A stretch of DNA of 64,000 nucleotides, from NCBI RefSeq assembly GCF_009834535.1, contig NC_045696.1, positions 25,670,001-25,734,000 on the forward strand, in the 5' to 3' direction. The DNA comes from Camelus ferus (Eukaryota). The notes under the pieces are model-generated. The model saw only the letters and a list, made by a program, of their open reading frames with translations, was not told the origin of the DNA and did no database searches. The position numbers were made by a program, and so were the translations under genes. How positions within the stretch are numbered: the first letter of the stretch is position 1; each line of letters starts with the position of its first letter. This document shows, one piece after another, positions 36,251-49,233 of this stretch.

Positions 36251-37944
36251 TTTTCAAAGAAGCTGCCCAAGTTCATAAGCTGTGGTGAGTGCCTTACTAA
36301 AATCAATGTAGAGTTTATAAGTGAAAAAGGACAAAGAGCATAACACAAAATGAAACTTGATTTTTCCATCCAATTTAGAGGCTCGTAAATGTGATTTAAG
36401 AAATAGAATGTCAAGAAAAAGGAATGTCACGTATTAAGTCAAGGGCCCACACACACAAAAAAAGCAAGTCCATGGAGAACCTTTTGATTCTACCATAGCT
36501 CCCCATGTTATCCAATTCTCCTGCCTACACAAATTCAAAAGATAATTTAGGACAGTCTAAACAGTAAAATCTAATTTAGTCACATATAAGCTATTGATAT
36601 TTCTATATTTTCTATGATTATAAAAACATTAAAACTAAGATTAAAGCTTTATTTTAACAACTGGCTATAAACTATGTTGGGTTTTTTTTTTTTTTTAATT
36701 ATTGGTGTACACATTCAACTGGAATTCTGAATGAGCCTCAAACTGTTGAATCAAAATACGTACCCATTCTGAAGATTAATACAGCTTGTTCTATCAAATA
36801 TGAAGATGGCTCTTTAAGACATAGTTTCTCCTGAACCTCATCAGTGTCCTGTGGCTGTTCTTGGTAAGTAGGATTTCCAGGTCATATAGGAAATCATGAG
36901 CTTTAAGACAGGAATTTGCCAAAGAAATTGATGGGGGAGTTGCAGCATACATTTTTAGAAGTCTTAATAATGTACAGTTTCAGTCCCAAACACTGCCACT
37001 ATGACATTGCCTTTCTAGTGGTACTAATATATTTATTTCTAATATTTGAATGAAATGCCTGCCAAAGCAGTGAAAAAAATCAATTCTCAACAAATTCCTC
37101 CTCGCTTCTTTGTTCCTACTCTGAATCCCTTTGCTCTCAGTGTACTTGTTTGCATCGTCCTTGACCGGAACATGAGTTAAGAGAGCTGGGGCCCAGGTAA
37201 ACTGGCTTGTTGTATACATTGTATATTTAGAAAGAGCTCCTTATTCAATCTCTTCTCTAGCCAATCTGGTTATCTCCTATAGGGAAGCTAAAATCTCATC
37301 ATTGATGGTGGGTTTCTAAGTAGAAATCATGGTGATCTTTGGATATACATACAGATACAGTCACAGACTCTTTTTAGTTAACTAGCAGAAGTGAAAGGTG
37401 GTGTTCATTTACCATTCTAAAATATATCTGTACTTGCATGATAAGATATGGTTTATTATGAACTTTTTACACTGTGAACTGGAATTAGTGACATGGACAA
37501 AAGTTAAATAATAAAAGTGTACTGTAGAAACATTTTTCATAATATTATTTTGTTAAAGGTGAGGAAGATACAATAAGGAGTAAATTGAGTGAATGGTAAT
37601 ATTCTACATAAGAACAGATGAGTAAATGCACTCATTTAAAATATATGTCAAATTCAAATTAAATCAAATTTACATATATCCTGTTTTATAAACTATCCTT
37701 TGTTCATAAGGCTGTAACATAAGTACAACTAAGCCTTTCAAGCTAAAACTATTACATGTATTATATTTTTAAGCTGAAAACACTATATATATATTCCCAA
37801 ATTAAATATATCACTATATTAAAAAATGATAACATAGTAAGTAGATACTAAGATAATAAAAGAAAAACTAAAAGTTTATTACTGAATTCAAGCTATGTCT
37901 TAACTATAGCTTTAAGTAATAGGTTAAAATATTCATTAAAAGTA

Positions 37945-38180
37945 TGTGTTCTCATGACAAGTAGTTCTGGGTTCTTTTCATTCCTACCAGTTACTACTTG
38001 AGTAACCTTGGATAAGTCATGTTTCTGTAGTACCTTTTTTAGTTAAATGGGAATGGGTTAGCTCATACCTAAGAATTATTGTAGAATTACTTGAGATAAA
38101 ACCTGTAAAAGGCACAGAAAAGGCTCGTCAAATGATAAGTTCTGTTAGTTATCATAATCTCAATCAATTATTATTATTAT
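37945..38180 (+). mobile_element. MIR SINE
   Basis: 'ctgggttc...ccagttactacttgagtaaccttggataagtca...aattattgtagaattacttgagataaaacctgtaaa'. Confidence 0.7.
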
Positions 38181-38378
38181 TTGCTGAGTAAAGGGCAAAA
38201 GCTACCTTTCCACAATGTGATGAAAAAAACTTCCCAGAAATGTATATTACAGAGTAGTTTAAATGATGTGAGATGTGGATTACACAAATGAATAAGTGCA
38301 AGTAGAGGAGAACATGGAAGTGTTTGATGAAAGTAAAACAAATAAATAAATGGACAAGTAAAATATCTTGATATTGCA

Positions 38379-38862
38379 TATGGTAGCTAGCCTCCAAGAT
38401 GGCCCCCAGTTATCCCTGCCCCAAGATATTCCCACTTCACACTCTTGCGTAATCCTCTCCCACATTGTACCAAAGGTTGTCTGTGTGACCTTTAGAATAT
38501 GGCAGAAGTTATCAGATTTTGCTTCTGTAATTAAGTTTTAAGAGACATTGCTGCTTTCATCTCTCTCTCTCTCTCTCTCTCCATTGCTCTCAAAGTAGCC
38601 AGCTGCTATCCCATAAGAAAACCTATGGAGAGGGACAGACTCCCATGGTGACAACTGAAGCCTCCTGATAATAGCCACATGAATGAGCCAATCAGACATT
38701 TACAGGGTGTAGCCATGATCTACAGTCTCATGAGAGACTTTTAGCCAGAACCACCCAACTAAGCTACTTCCAGATTCATCACCTTCAGAAACTATGTGGA
38801 ATGTTTGTTTTAAGCCACTGAGTGTGGGATAATTTGTTTTTTAGCAGTAAATAACTAATCCA
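38379..38862 (+). mobile_element. MLT1F-type MaLR solo LTR containing (CT)n
   Basis: 'agcctccaagatggccccc...aatcctctcccacattgtacc...ctcatgagagac...agccagaaccaccca.ctaagct...ttaagccactgagt...gcagtaaataactaatcca'. Confidence 0.88.
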
Positions 38863-39714
38863 CTACAACCTGTTACCTAAATGTAAATATGGATCGTTAT
38901 AATTTATTTTTCATTATAACCTCTATTATTACATCCTGAGATTCTCTTTATTTATTGTTAGAAGTAATTTTGCCTTTTTAGTAATGAAAAATATTTTTAG
39001 GCAAATATTACATTAAAATTTGAAAATTTCTCTCCTAGATGGAAGCTATCATGTAACTTTATGTTTAAAATATAATTAAAATGTTTGGTACCAGGAAACT
39101 GTATTGCTCACCTAAAAAGAAAAAAAAAGTATCTGGTAAAAAATAATTTTTTTCAAACAAAATATTCAAACGAAAGTTGTAGGAGTTGAATAGATGAATT
39201 AAAGCTAGTTTCTAAAATAAGGCTCAATAATAAAAGTAATATAAATGCACAGCTCTCATGTGTCATAAAGTCTTTTAAAATGTTAAGAGGAGATATAAAT
39301 ATTTGAGAATTTATATTTCTCTATTTAAATTATTTTTAATATTTTAATTTTCACATCAAAATTACAAAAATGTTAAATATATTTAACATTATATGAAGTA
39401 AATATAAAAATAGAGAAAAACATAATTCCATCTTCCTACCTATCAAATTTCTGATGTTTGTCAAGTTCTGTCCAAAATATGCCCATAGGTAAAAATTTAC
39501 ATTCCTATTAGCATATATTCATCATATTTACTATGATTTTTTACTTTTTTAATTTTAAAATTATAAGTAGCACATACAAGGTAATTAAAAATACAGTCTC
39601 TAGAAATATTAACTCACAACAGCCATTATTAATATTTTGTTGCCTATCCTCCCAGCCTCTTTATCATTTCATCTCATGATCTATGTATGGAAATAGGGAA
39701 GACCCAGTCCCGAG

Positions 39715-39917
39715 ATCCGCAGTTCCAACAGGGAGAACCTAAATGGTATTAGCTTGGGTCAAATGGTCACCCTTTGCATATGGAGTCTGGAGGAGAAGAG
39801 AAAGAAAATAGTTGAGAATATCTTGATAAAATTGTTACAATAATTAAGGGAGTGTGGAAGGAACTGCTCCCAAATGAAATTGTTCCAGGAAGTCAAAAAC
39901 AGTAGCTGTCAATAACA
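39715..39917 (-). mobile_element. Old MLT1 (J/K/L-type) LTR fragment
   Basis: 'cagggagaacct...agcttgggtcaaatggtcaccc...ctcccaaatgaaat...caaaaacagtagctgtcaataaca'. Confidence 0.5.
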
Positions 39918-39999
39918 GTAAATATTCTGTAGAAGTAAAATCAAGACAATACTCAACAACACCTCCACTCTACCAATTCCTCAGACTTCCACCAGATCG

Positions 40000-40320
40000 C
40001 TGTCCTTTATGTTATGTTTACCACCAAATCTTGCCTCCATTTCTTCATCTCTTCTCTCTAATCTACCTTTCTCTTTTAAGGATTCACAGAAACAGCCCAA
40101 GGAAAACATAATGTACAAACTCTGTCAGTGAGGTTGCAATAATGTAATATTTTGGTTTTCCAATCTTCCCTTACCTGATCTCTTCACAGAGTTTGATATC
40201 ATTGTCCATCTATTCTTATCTTCCTTCTTCAAAGTATCCTTGTTATTATCTTCCACGATGCTCCTCTCTCCTGGTTCCACCTCTCCCTGGATTAGGTCTC
40301 CTTTTGGGCTCTAGTAACTT
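40000..40320 (+). mobile_element. L2 ORF2 fragment
   Basis: 'catct..ccttacctgatctcttcacagagtttgatatcattg.cca...tcttccacgatgctcctctctcctggtt'. Confidence 0.5.
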
Positions 40321-40377
40321 GAACAACCTTAAAATCTTGTAATGATGTTTAAACAGGGTGAAGGTTTAAAAAGAAAA

Positions 40378-40582
40378 CTTTTTTATTAAACTACAGAGAA
40401 GTGTGCACAAGTCATAACTGTATAGTTTGATAAATTTTTATAAAATGAACACACCTGTATAATTAGCAGATCAAGAAACAGAATATCACCTGTATCCCTG
40501 AAGCTAATCATGGCCCCTTCAGTCACTGCATACCCCCACAGGCTCACACTATCATGACTTCTAAACTATAGGTTAGTTTTTC
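40378..40582 (-). mobile_element. Old L1 (L1MC/MD/ME-type) 3' UTR, continuing at ~41621-41710
   Basis: 'aagtgtgcacaagtcataactgtatagtttgataaattttt...aatgaacacacctgta...cagatcaagaaacagaatatcacc...actatcatgacttcta'. Confidence 0.75.
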
Positions 40583-41620
40583 ATCCCATTATAGTATTTA
40601 GCTTTCTCTGTCTGACTTATTTCACTGAAGATAATATTTTCTAGGTCCAACCACATTGCTGCAAAAGGCATTATTTCATTCTGTTTTATGGCTTAGTGGT
40701 ATTCCATTATATATATATATGCCATAACTTCCTTATCCATTCATCTATTGATGGGCACTTGGATTGCTTCTGTGTCTTCGCTATTATAAATTGCACTGCT
40801 CTGAACATTAAGGTGCATGTTATCTTTTCAAATTAGTGTTTTTGCTTTTTCCAGATACATACCCAGGAATGAAATTGCTGGATCATCTGTTAGTTCTAAT
40901 TTTAGTTTTTTAAGGGACCTTCCTACTGTTGTCCATAGTGGCTTCTCCAATTTATATTCCCAACAACAATGTACATGGGTTTCCTTTTCTCTACATCCTC
41001 CCTAATATTTGTTATTTATAGAATTTTGATGATAGCAATTCTGACAGGTGTGAGGTGATACTTCATTGTTGTTTTGATTTGCATTTCTCTGCTAATTAGT
41101 GATGTTGAGCTTCTTTTCATATGCCTGTTAGCCGTCTGCATATCTTCTTTGGAAAAAATATCTATTATTCAAGTTTTCTGCCTATTTTTGGATTGGATTT
41201 TCTTTTTTGAAATTGAATGATATGAGCTGTTTGTTTATTTTGGATATTATGCTCTCTTCAGTCATATCATTTGTAAATATTTTCTCCCATTCTATAGGTT
41301 GTCTTTTCATTTTGTCAGTGGTTTCCTTTGCTGTGCAAAAGCTTTTAAGTTTAATTAGATCCTATTTGTTTATTTTTGCTTTTACTTCTTTTGCTTTAGG
41401 AGACTGATCCAAAAAAAAATTATTGCTGAGATTTATATCAAAGAGTGTTCTGCCTATGTTCTCTCCTAAGAGTTGTGTATTTTCAGGTCTTACATTTAGG
41501 TCTTTATCCCATTTTAAGTTTACTTTTGTGTATAGTGTGAGGAAATGTTCTAATCTTATTGTTAAGTGTGGCTGTCCAATTTTCCAAGCACCACTTGTTA
41601 AAGAGATTGTCTTATCTCCA
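40583..41620 (-). mobile_element. L1 ORF2 3' region fragment (~1 kb) nested in the older L1
   Basis: 'ctctgtctgacttatttcact...gatacatacccaggaatgaaattgctggatca...ctgacaggtgtgaggtgata...tttcctttgctgtgcaaaagcttttaagtttaattag...tttcaggtcttacatttaggtcttt'. Confidence 0.93.
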
Positions 41621-42399
41621 ATGTATGAGTATGTTATATTTTACTTACTCAGTTCTTTTCTGTTGGTGGATATCTGTATTGCTTCCTGTCTCTTAACTAT
41701 GCTGCTGTGAGATATTTATTAATTAAAATTATATATATATATAAAATTTGAATTGGCCTTTTAGCAGTCAACTTTTACCCTTTGCCAATCTGTTCTCTTA
41801 CAATTCAGGCAAATAGAAAATATTGAAAAATTGCAGAATTTTTGTGGGAAAATATTTTACTTTAAATTCTAGAAACTTTCACCTACAAATTTAACATTAA
41901 TAGATTTGACTCTAAACAAATTAGTCAGAGTAGACGTTAAAGTCATATTTTTAAGCTTAAAATTTCTGTTAAGTTTAGAAACACTTGAATTTTGCACCTT
42001 GGTAATATTAGCTCTTCAGTTAGTTGTGTAACCAGGAATAAAGGCTATTGAACTTTTATAGGGTTCCTAACTTCAAGGAAAATTTCTATAAATATGTTAT
42101 ATCTGAAGGTAATGTGTCAAGTACTTTGAAATTTGGGATAAAGCTGTAGATGGGTTATCATCAATAAAATGGTTTTCCATATCTGAACAATCTATATTAT
42201 TAATTTCTATATTATCATGTTATGATTGTGTTTTAAGCCATTTTTTGACCCTACAGCAAATGGGTTTCATTAAAATTTATTACATCTTTATCAAATACAT
42301 GTAGTAGTATAAAATATATCCAGACAACTCTCTTGCAGCAATTCTTGTGCCAGTCTATTTAAAATAAAACTAATGTCCTTATGCTAACTTACTAGACGT

Positions 42400-42540
42400 T
42401 CTAGTGAGAGTATTTTCACTAGGATTCCTATTCTGGCTAACTAATTATTTTTGGTAAAGTGAATCATTTTTATAAGACACAATATCCTTATTTGTAAAAT
42501 AGAAAAAACAACTATTTCACAGGATTATTTGTAAGCATTT
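42400..42540 (+). mobile_element. MIR SINE (decayed)
   Basis: 'aggattcctattctgg...ttggtaaagtga...ccttatttgtaaaatag...ctatttcacaggattatt'. Confidence 0.55.
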
Positions 42541-43849
42541 TTCCAATAGTCCAATTCAAATATATTGTAGGAAATGATTATATTAAGTATACGCTACCTT
42601 AACTGTCTTGCAAATCTACTTACAAATCTACCATTCTTAATACCTGAACTTCTAGCATACTGAGGCTCATGGGGCAGGGGTGGCGGGGAGAGATTAAAAC
42701 CGCTATAAGATACTGCCTTCAGAATTGTTTCTTTTGACCTAGAAAATTGCTTTGGGGGATGATGAGTGCTGATGATAAAGCAAATGCCCTTAATAGTGAT
42801 TTGGACACTATTTACTTTAGCCTAGTAAATATTTAGCTATATGCCGCATGGGTGAAGGAAGGACAAGGACAAATGATATCTGAGACCAGCAGAGAACTTG
42901 GAAGTCTATGATTTATGTAAAGTTATCTGGTTAACTGTTTTCTTTATTGTCTACAGAGAATAAACTTCAATATCATGGATAAATACTTAAATTTAGAGAT
43001 TTTTAAAAATTTCAATTCATAGATGGAACATAATTAAGAGCATAGCGTATTCTACTAAAGACAATTTTATAAGACTTTGAAAGATACAACTAATGCAATA
43101 ATAAATATTAGTCATATTTGTGTAATTTGTCACCTATTTGATAAAAGAGATTCTGTGGTAATAGTTGGGTAATTCACTTCTCTGCTTATTTTGAAGGAAT
43201 TCAGAAAAGGCCACTAGCTTTTATCTGATTAAGCTGAGCACACTTCCTGGAACAAAGGAGCTTCCCCCAGGTAGTAAAATATCCCTTCTTCCTTTTTTTT
43301 CCTACCTAAACAAAAAGAAGAAGAAGGAGAAAAGGAAAGATGGAGAGATGGAGGGAGGGAGAGAAGGAGGAGAACATACACAAAACAAATAAAAAAAAAC
43401 CCTATCGTTCTCTACTTTTCTTAAATTATTGTAGGAGTTTTGCTTAGTATTCTAGGTTTACTTAGGAATCTTTTGTGTGTCTCCAGCTATTAAGTACATG
43501 TTTGTACAGTATCATATTTTGTAATTTTAATAGGTTTGTCTCTAACCTGGAAATCTAAAACAAATTTGTAAGTGTTTTTCACAAGTTTCAGAAAAAGTTA
43601 ATGACTAGAAGGACTATGGTGATCAGATAGAGAGGGTGAAGTCATTGTAGCTAAGGCGTATAAGAGTATTGTCCTCAATATTGACAAATGGTATATTTAA
43701 GGGGGCTAAGATATGAAGGTGTAGAAAAATTATGTCTTCACTTGAAGTAACGGATTTTTCTATTCATTCTTATATGGGTAGACAAGCAGAGTGATGAACT
43801 AACATTTATGGGGCACATTCTAGGCATAAGGAAATGTCCTAGTCACTTT

Positions 43850-44225
43850 ATTTACTCAGCAAATACTTACTAAGCTCCTATCTTGTGTGAATTCAGAGGT
43901 GAACAAGAGGGTGGTCACATTCTCTAGGGAGACATTAAAAATAAACCAATGAGAGAGGGATGAGTCTAAGAGTCGTGTGGCTAATGTGAAGGGGCTGCAT
44001 GGGAGGTGGGCTCGTGTGGCACTAGGGAGGTTGCTCAGGGGAAGCTTCTCAAAGGAGACAATTTGTACTTAGACCTAAATCTCAGGAGAGATTCACCCAT
44101 ATGAAGATCAGCATGGAAAAGAAGCATTCTTGGAAGCAGGAACTTCAGGTGCAAAGGCCTTTAGGCAGGATTGAACATGGCGTGTTCGTGGCACAGAAAG
44201 AAGGCCAGGGTGTTATAGCAGGCTG
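43850..44225 (-). mobile_element. L2a/L2b 3' region
   Basis: 'tttactcagcaaatacttactaagctccta...ggtgaacaaga...gcttctcaaaggag...gcattcttggaagcaggaac...gtgcaaaggcct...agaaagaaggccagggtg'. Confidence 0.8.
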
Positions 44226-44379
44226 CTGTCTAACAATGGTAGGTACACAAACTGGGAAATGATGTCATCAACAACTTGACAGGATTTTTACATTAATAGT
44301 AGCAGCAGCTAATATTTACTGAGGACTTGACTTTTTTCCTTGCGGTCAAACTTCTTTGTGTAGACTACATTGAAAGACA

Positions 44380-44640
44380 ACTATAGTATGAAGTTAAAGG
44401 TCAGGTTTTGAGGGCAGACAGCCCTTGAATTTGAGTCCTGGTTCTGCCAATTATTAGCTTTGCTGAATCACATTAAATTTCTTAATCTCTCTTCATCTTT
44501 TCTTCCCTTTCTTCAGAAAGCGGATAATAATAGTACCTACCTTATATGATTGTTCTGAGAATTAAAAAACATAATAATAGCCAACATTTTCTGAGTACTT
44601 ACTGTGAGCCTATGCTTTAATATGAATTCATTTAACTCTG
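44380..44640. mobile_element. MIR (+, 44380-44570) tail to tail with MIR (-, 44572-44640)
   Basis: 'gaatttgagtcctggttctgcca...ggataataatagtacctaccttatatgattgttctgagaattaaa', then 'aataatagccaacattttctgagtacttactgtg'. Confidence 0.8.
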
Positions 44641-44809
44641 CCAGGATTAAACCTTGTTAGCCTATCAGAGCATATGCTATTTTTTAATACACAGACTACA
44701 AAGCATCAATATGAATTCTTTACATGTGCTCACTAGCAAAGTACTACAGGAGAAAATCATTCAAAGAGTGATTATAAGACCTGATTCTCTCCAATGAAGA
44801 TCAATGATG

Positions 44810-44970
44810 ATAAATATTGCATTGTACTTACAGTCTTGTGTGGGATATTCCCAAAATATTGTGAACATTTTGAGAGCTAGAACTGTGGTCTATTCATTTT
44901 CAAAGCTCCATATTACAGTATTTGACACACAGTACTCTCATAATAAATCATTGTTGAATGAGTAAATAAA
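44810..44970 (+). mobile_element. L2 3' terminus
   Basis: 'ttgagagctagaactgtggtctattcatt...cagtatttgacacacagta.tctcataataaat..ttgttgaatgagtaaat'. Confidence 0.7.
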
Positions 44971-45297
44971 CTTTAGAATTTCTGTGGGTAGAATCTTTAT
45001 TTTTAGCTGACTTCTTTTCTTCTCTCAACTCTGTCAATATAAATGTCTTTCTTTGCACTTTCATTTTTGCTGTTTCTGCTCCACTTCACCTTTGATTATT
45101 TTTTTCCAACTACATGTTCCACTGAATATTTCTGCAGCTGGGAATATCTGCTTTTCTCTTTAAAGCCTCTGGTTTTACTTCTTCCCTTGAGTGCTTTCTT
45201 TATATCATTTTAAATATATCCTGCCACTAAGACATCTTGAAAAGAGAAATAAGCATCTCTTCTACCAACCACTGCTTTTTACTTTGATTTCTTTTTA

Positions 45298-45300
<3 letters not shown>

Positions 45301-45362
<62 letters not shown>
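45301..45362. repeat. (AT)31 microsatellite
   Basis: Read directly. Confidence 0.97.
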
Positions 45363-45369
<7 letters not shown>

Positions 45370-45487
45370 CAGTTTTAGAGCTTTTGAGATATTAATTTTA
45401 GCTCTTATTATAGTATGATCAGAAAAGCATTATTATGTAAATCTCTAGTATTTCTTGCTCATGAAATTTCTTAATTCTACTGGCCTA

Positions 45488-45514
45488 TGTGTGTGTGTGT
45501 GTGTGTGTGTGTGT
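45488..45514. repeat. (TG)n microsatellite
   Basis: Read directly. Confidence 0.95.
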
Positions 45515-46349
45515 ATGCATGATGTGTATTCCAAACCGTTGGCAGTTATATCTAAATAGCATCCTTCAAGTCTTACAGACTGAATCTAAATATTTGGCCA
45601 GTGGGTCATTTTCTGTTCTCTGCAATCCTGTCTTTGTTTCCTAAGACACAGTGGAAAGTCTGCCCTAACAGACACATCGTCTGGTATGCTGGAATGTGTA
45701 AGAAGGTTAAATCATTTTTCTCCTTTATACTTTTTTTAGAAATGGTAGGCTGTTACACACACAAGAGTCTAATACTTTCTTAATTCATTTCTAGGTCAAA
45801 CATCTTCAAACTTGAGTCTTGCACATCTCCAAACACAGCCACCTTTGTTCTAAATTGAAGTTCCTCTCTGTATTTCTTTTCCATTTACAGAGCAAAGAAA
45901 GAGCCTTAGCCCCTCCCATGGTGTGAAATCAATTTCCTTCTTTATATTGAGGCTTGTTTCTCTTGTACTAAGATTACATCTAGTCTTCTTCCTCTAGCTA
46001 TCTGTGTTCTTAATGCATTACATGGTTCTGCTTGAAGGTTTGCTTTCTCTGTATCTGGGTGATTTTAATTAGTCTTTGAAGTTTCTTTTGAAATCCTTCT
46101 TCTCTTTCTCCTTTGATTATTTACTGTCTATAATTTCCCTTATCTCAATCTCTATGTTAAATTCTTCTATATCATTACTTCTTACGGAATTTTAATTCCA
46201 GCTATCATGGTATTGGTTTGCTTATTTTCTTTGTGCCCGTGAAGTGTGCACTTTGTGTGTGTGTTTGCACATGTATGTGGGTACACAAAAACAAACACTA
46301 ATCTATTTCCCCCCTATTAAAATTTTTTGTCACCTTCCTCTTGAACACC

Positions 46350-46555
46350 AAGTGGAACAGAAATGAGTCCTTATTCTTGCCCTAGGATTCAAGATACCTA
46401 GGTGAGTAAACAAGTGTTCTCTAAACAATGAGGTACATTCTGTAACACAGAGATCCTCCAAAGAAGTATACTTTAGCCAACTCCTAGTGAAGTTTTTGAA
46501 AAGAAGATTCCTTGGGCTTTGCCTTAAATACTGAATAGGAGTTTGCCAGAAAACA
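46350..46555 (-). mobile_element. L2 fragment
   Basis: 'ttcttgccctagg...ctgtaacacagag...ttgggctttgccttaaatactgaataggagtttgccag'. Confidence 0.5.
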
Positions 46556-46837
46556 TTAATAAAAATGAATCATTTTAGAAATCATGACTTAAAAAGTAGC
46601 TGCATCTTCTGAAAGAAAGCACCTTAGCTTCTCAGAGATGCCAGCTAAAATGTTTGGCACATTTGCCATTTAAAAGTACAAGATAGGATAAAGTAAATTA
46701 ATACACCTACACACCAGTAGTTTTCCCAACAGCATTTAGTGCTACATTAGAAGAGCTTTAGTCTACCATAAAGGAAGTTATGGTTAAAGGTACCGCATCT
46801 GGTACCCAAAAGATAAGCGACTTACTTCTCCAGGTTG

Positions 46838-47020
46838 CCATATATATGTACGAAATTTTTCATCTATATGTAAATTGTGTACATATATAAATTTTATATA
46901 TAAATTTATATATAAAACGTTATATAAAATTTGGTGTACCTACATTATATATTTTATGTATTAGTATATTTATACATATATGTATTACTTATATACTATA
47001 CATGTATATATTTTATTATG
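46838..47020. repeat. AT-rich low-complexity (TA)n-like tract with an internal 26-bp palindrome
   Basis: Read directly; ttttatatataaatttatatataaaa at 46892-46917. Confidence 0.85.
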
Positions 47021-48547
47021 CCCTACCTAATTCAGGCAATAAATGTGTGATTTGTGCATATGATGGGAAAACATATTATTAGCTCTCTTGTATCGGTATC
47101 ACACTTCAGACTCAAATTTTCAGCTGTCCAGTACACTTAGAGTTGAATGCTTACTGAGCTTATGATTTGTGGATGAGCTTTTATAATGAAATATGAGAAA
47201 TTCGAATCAATATAGTGATGCTATATCTCTCTACATTAAAAATTGGGGAAGAAAGCTTTTAAACTTCTGGTTACAAAGGAATTACACTGATTTATCTTAA
47301 TTATTGCAATTTACAATGTTAGTCTTGTGTATGGTATATGTGAAATAGTTGTACATGTTATCATTCAGATTTATGATAGAATGATACATCTGAGTTATTT
47401 GCAAGTGGCTATTTATTAAATTATTTTTCCCCCTTCAAGATGCCAGGAATGGAATCTCTTACATCAAACTGAACTTGCAGATTTTTGCTTGTAATTGAAG
47501 CTGCAATGAGGTTCCTGCAACAAATGAGTTCTCAGTTTCAGTATTTTTATTTCCTATTGTGTTCATCCCTGAAAATAACCTATAGAATCATCCTTTTAAG
47601 AATTTCTGCTTTCCGCTTAATGAACATTTTCGGCCCTCTTCATTTATTGACAGACCATGATATGGACGACTCCCTACAGATACGTTCATTGATAAGAACA
47701 CCTACGTATGGGTTTTATTTGCCACCTACTTTGAAATCTGTTAACTAATTAAAAATTGAAAATTTCTTCATCATCTTTTGGGTTTTAACTATTTATTTAA
47801 CTCCTAGTAATAATTTATTACAGAAGTAGAGTGAGTTCTGTGTGTGTTTATCTTCTTTAAATAACATCACAATGAAGAATGTTAATAACAAACAGGTAGT
47901 GTATTTTCAGTCTTGTAAACTGTTCATGAAGTTTTAAAAAAAAACTCTGATACCTTTAAAATAACATAATGAAGGAGCACCAATTATATGTATTCTGAAG
48001 AGGTGCTGCCTAATTTAAAATAATTGAATATATGAAAAATATCTAAATAATGGGGCAGATAAGTGATAGTGAGGTTCTGATCACTAAAAACACATTTATT
48101 ACAAAATTATTCATCACAAAAAATTAGGACAATTAATGATTTTAATTATTATTTAAACTACCAAAGTGAAAATGTTAAAAGATACTGTCCCTAGAATATC
48201 GATAAAATGCATAGAACTATATTCAAAATTATAAACTGAATCATTAGAAATATAATTTATTTGAATGAAACTTTGAAGGATATGCTGTATAACACTACCT
48301 ACAGTTACAACACAAAAATACAATGTCCAACTTTTTCTTTCTATTCAATCCAAAGATTTTTGTTGTGTTACTTATGCTGCACTGGCCTTATTCTGGGGAT
48401 GCTCTGCAGTTAGCACTGGTTCCTAGTCCTCAGTCCAGGTGAGGATATAATATGCATACCCAAAATTAAATGACAGTGAGCTAACATAAGATTAGTTTTG
48501 ACTTTATAAGCTCAACACTAAAGTGATACTAACAATAAGTGCTACAA

Positions 48548-48970
48548 ATTTATTTAGCAAATATTTTCTGAGCGCCTCCTCTGTGCCAGGCACCATTCTG
48601 AGTGCTAGGGATCCACTAGTGAATTAAACATAACCATCCCTCTCTTTATGAGCCTTACAAGAAGATAAACAATAAAAAAGATGAATATATAAAAGGATAT
48701 ATTTGAAAGTGATAAATCGTCAGGACTTCATAGTAGAAAAAGATTACTAAGCTTTAAACTAATTCAAAGAATTACCAGAATTATAAAAAATGGAGAATAC
48801 TCTAATAAAAGTGATTAGGTATGTCTAAGAGGGACAATGGGATGTGGCTCGCATTTAGGTATTAGACTAGTATGGGCAGAAAACAGTAAATAGGTGTCAA
48901 TGATGGGAGACATTTGTATTAGAAAGGAAGGAGTAATGAGGCTGGGTGTAGAAGTTAGAGCCAAAGTGCC
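48548..48970 (-). mobile_element. L2 3' region
   Basis: 'tatttagcaaatattttctgagcgcctcctctgtgccaggcaccattctgagtgctagggatcca..agtgaa'. Confidence 0.8.
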
Positions 48971-49064
48971 TATGTATGGTCATTATATTGTTACTAATTA
49001 GTGAATGAACAAACTAGTGACAAGAGTATGTTGAACAAACTTTGATATGGAAGTGATGGTACAG

Positions 49065-49232
49065 GGAGGCAGCTGTGTTTTGGAAAAAGGACTAATCTCA
49101 CATTACCCAAGTGGGATCCTACTCTCCCAGTTATTACCTTGTAAGAGTAGCTACTGTAACCCCACTAAAGAACAGTTTGTTTACAGAAAGTAAAACATTT
49201 GTTCCAATGAGTTAATGAATGGATGAAATGCT
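49065..49232 (+). mobile_element. MIR SINE (decayed)
   Basis: 'gaggcagctgtg...ggaaaaaggact...gatcctactctcccagttattacc...aatgagttaatgaatggatgaaatgcttt'. Confidence 0.5.
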
Positions 49233-49233
49233 T

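Noticed and set aside
40817..41710. Plus-strand hydrophobic ORFs (also 52034-52225 and 63341-63541)
   Set aside because: Antisense translations of L1 ORF2, a common false-positive class.
42671..42790. G-rich run (possible G4) and ATGATGA...CTGA C/D-box-like words
   Set aside because: Only three long G-runs; the C- and D-like boxes are only a few nt apart with no terminal stem.
46386..46401. 16-nt microexon-like TAG|...TAG|GTGAGT
   Set aside because: Inside a probable L2 relic, not a multiple of 3, weak pyrimidine tract.
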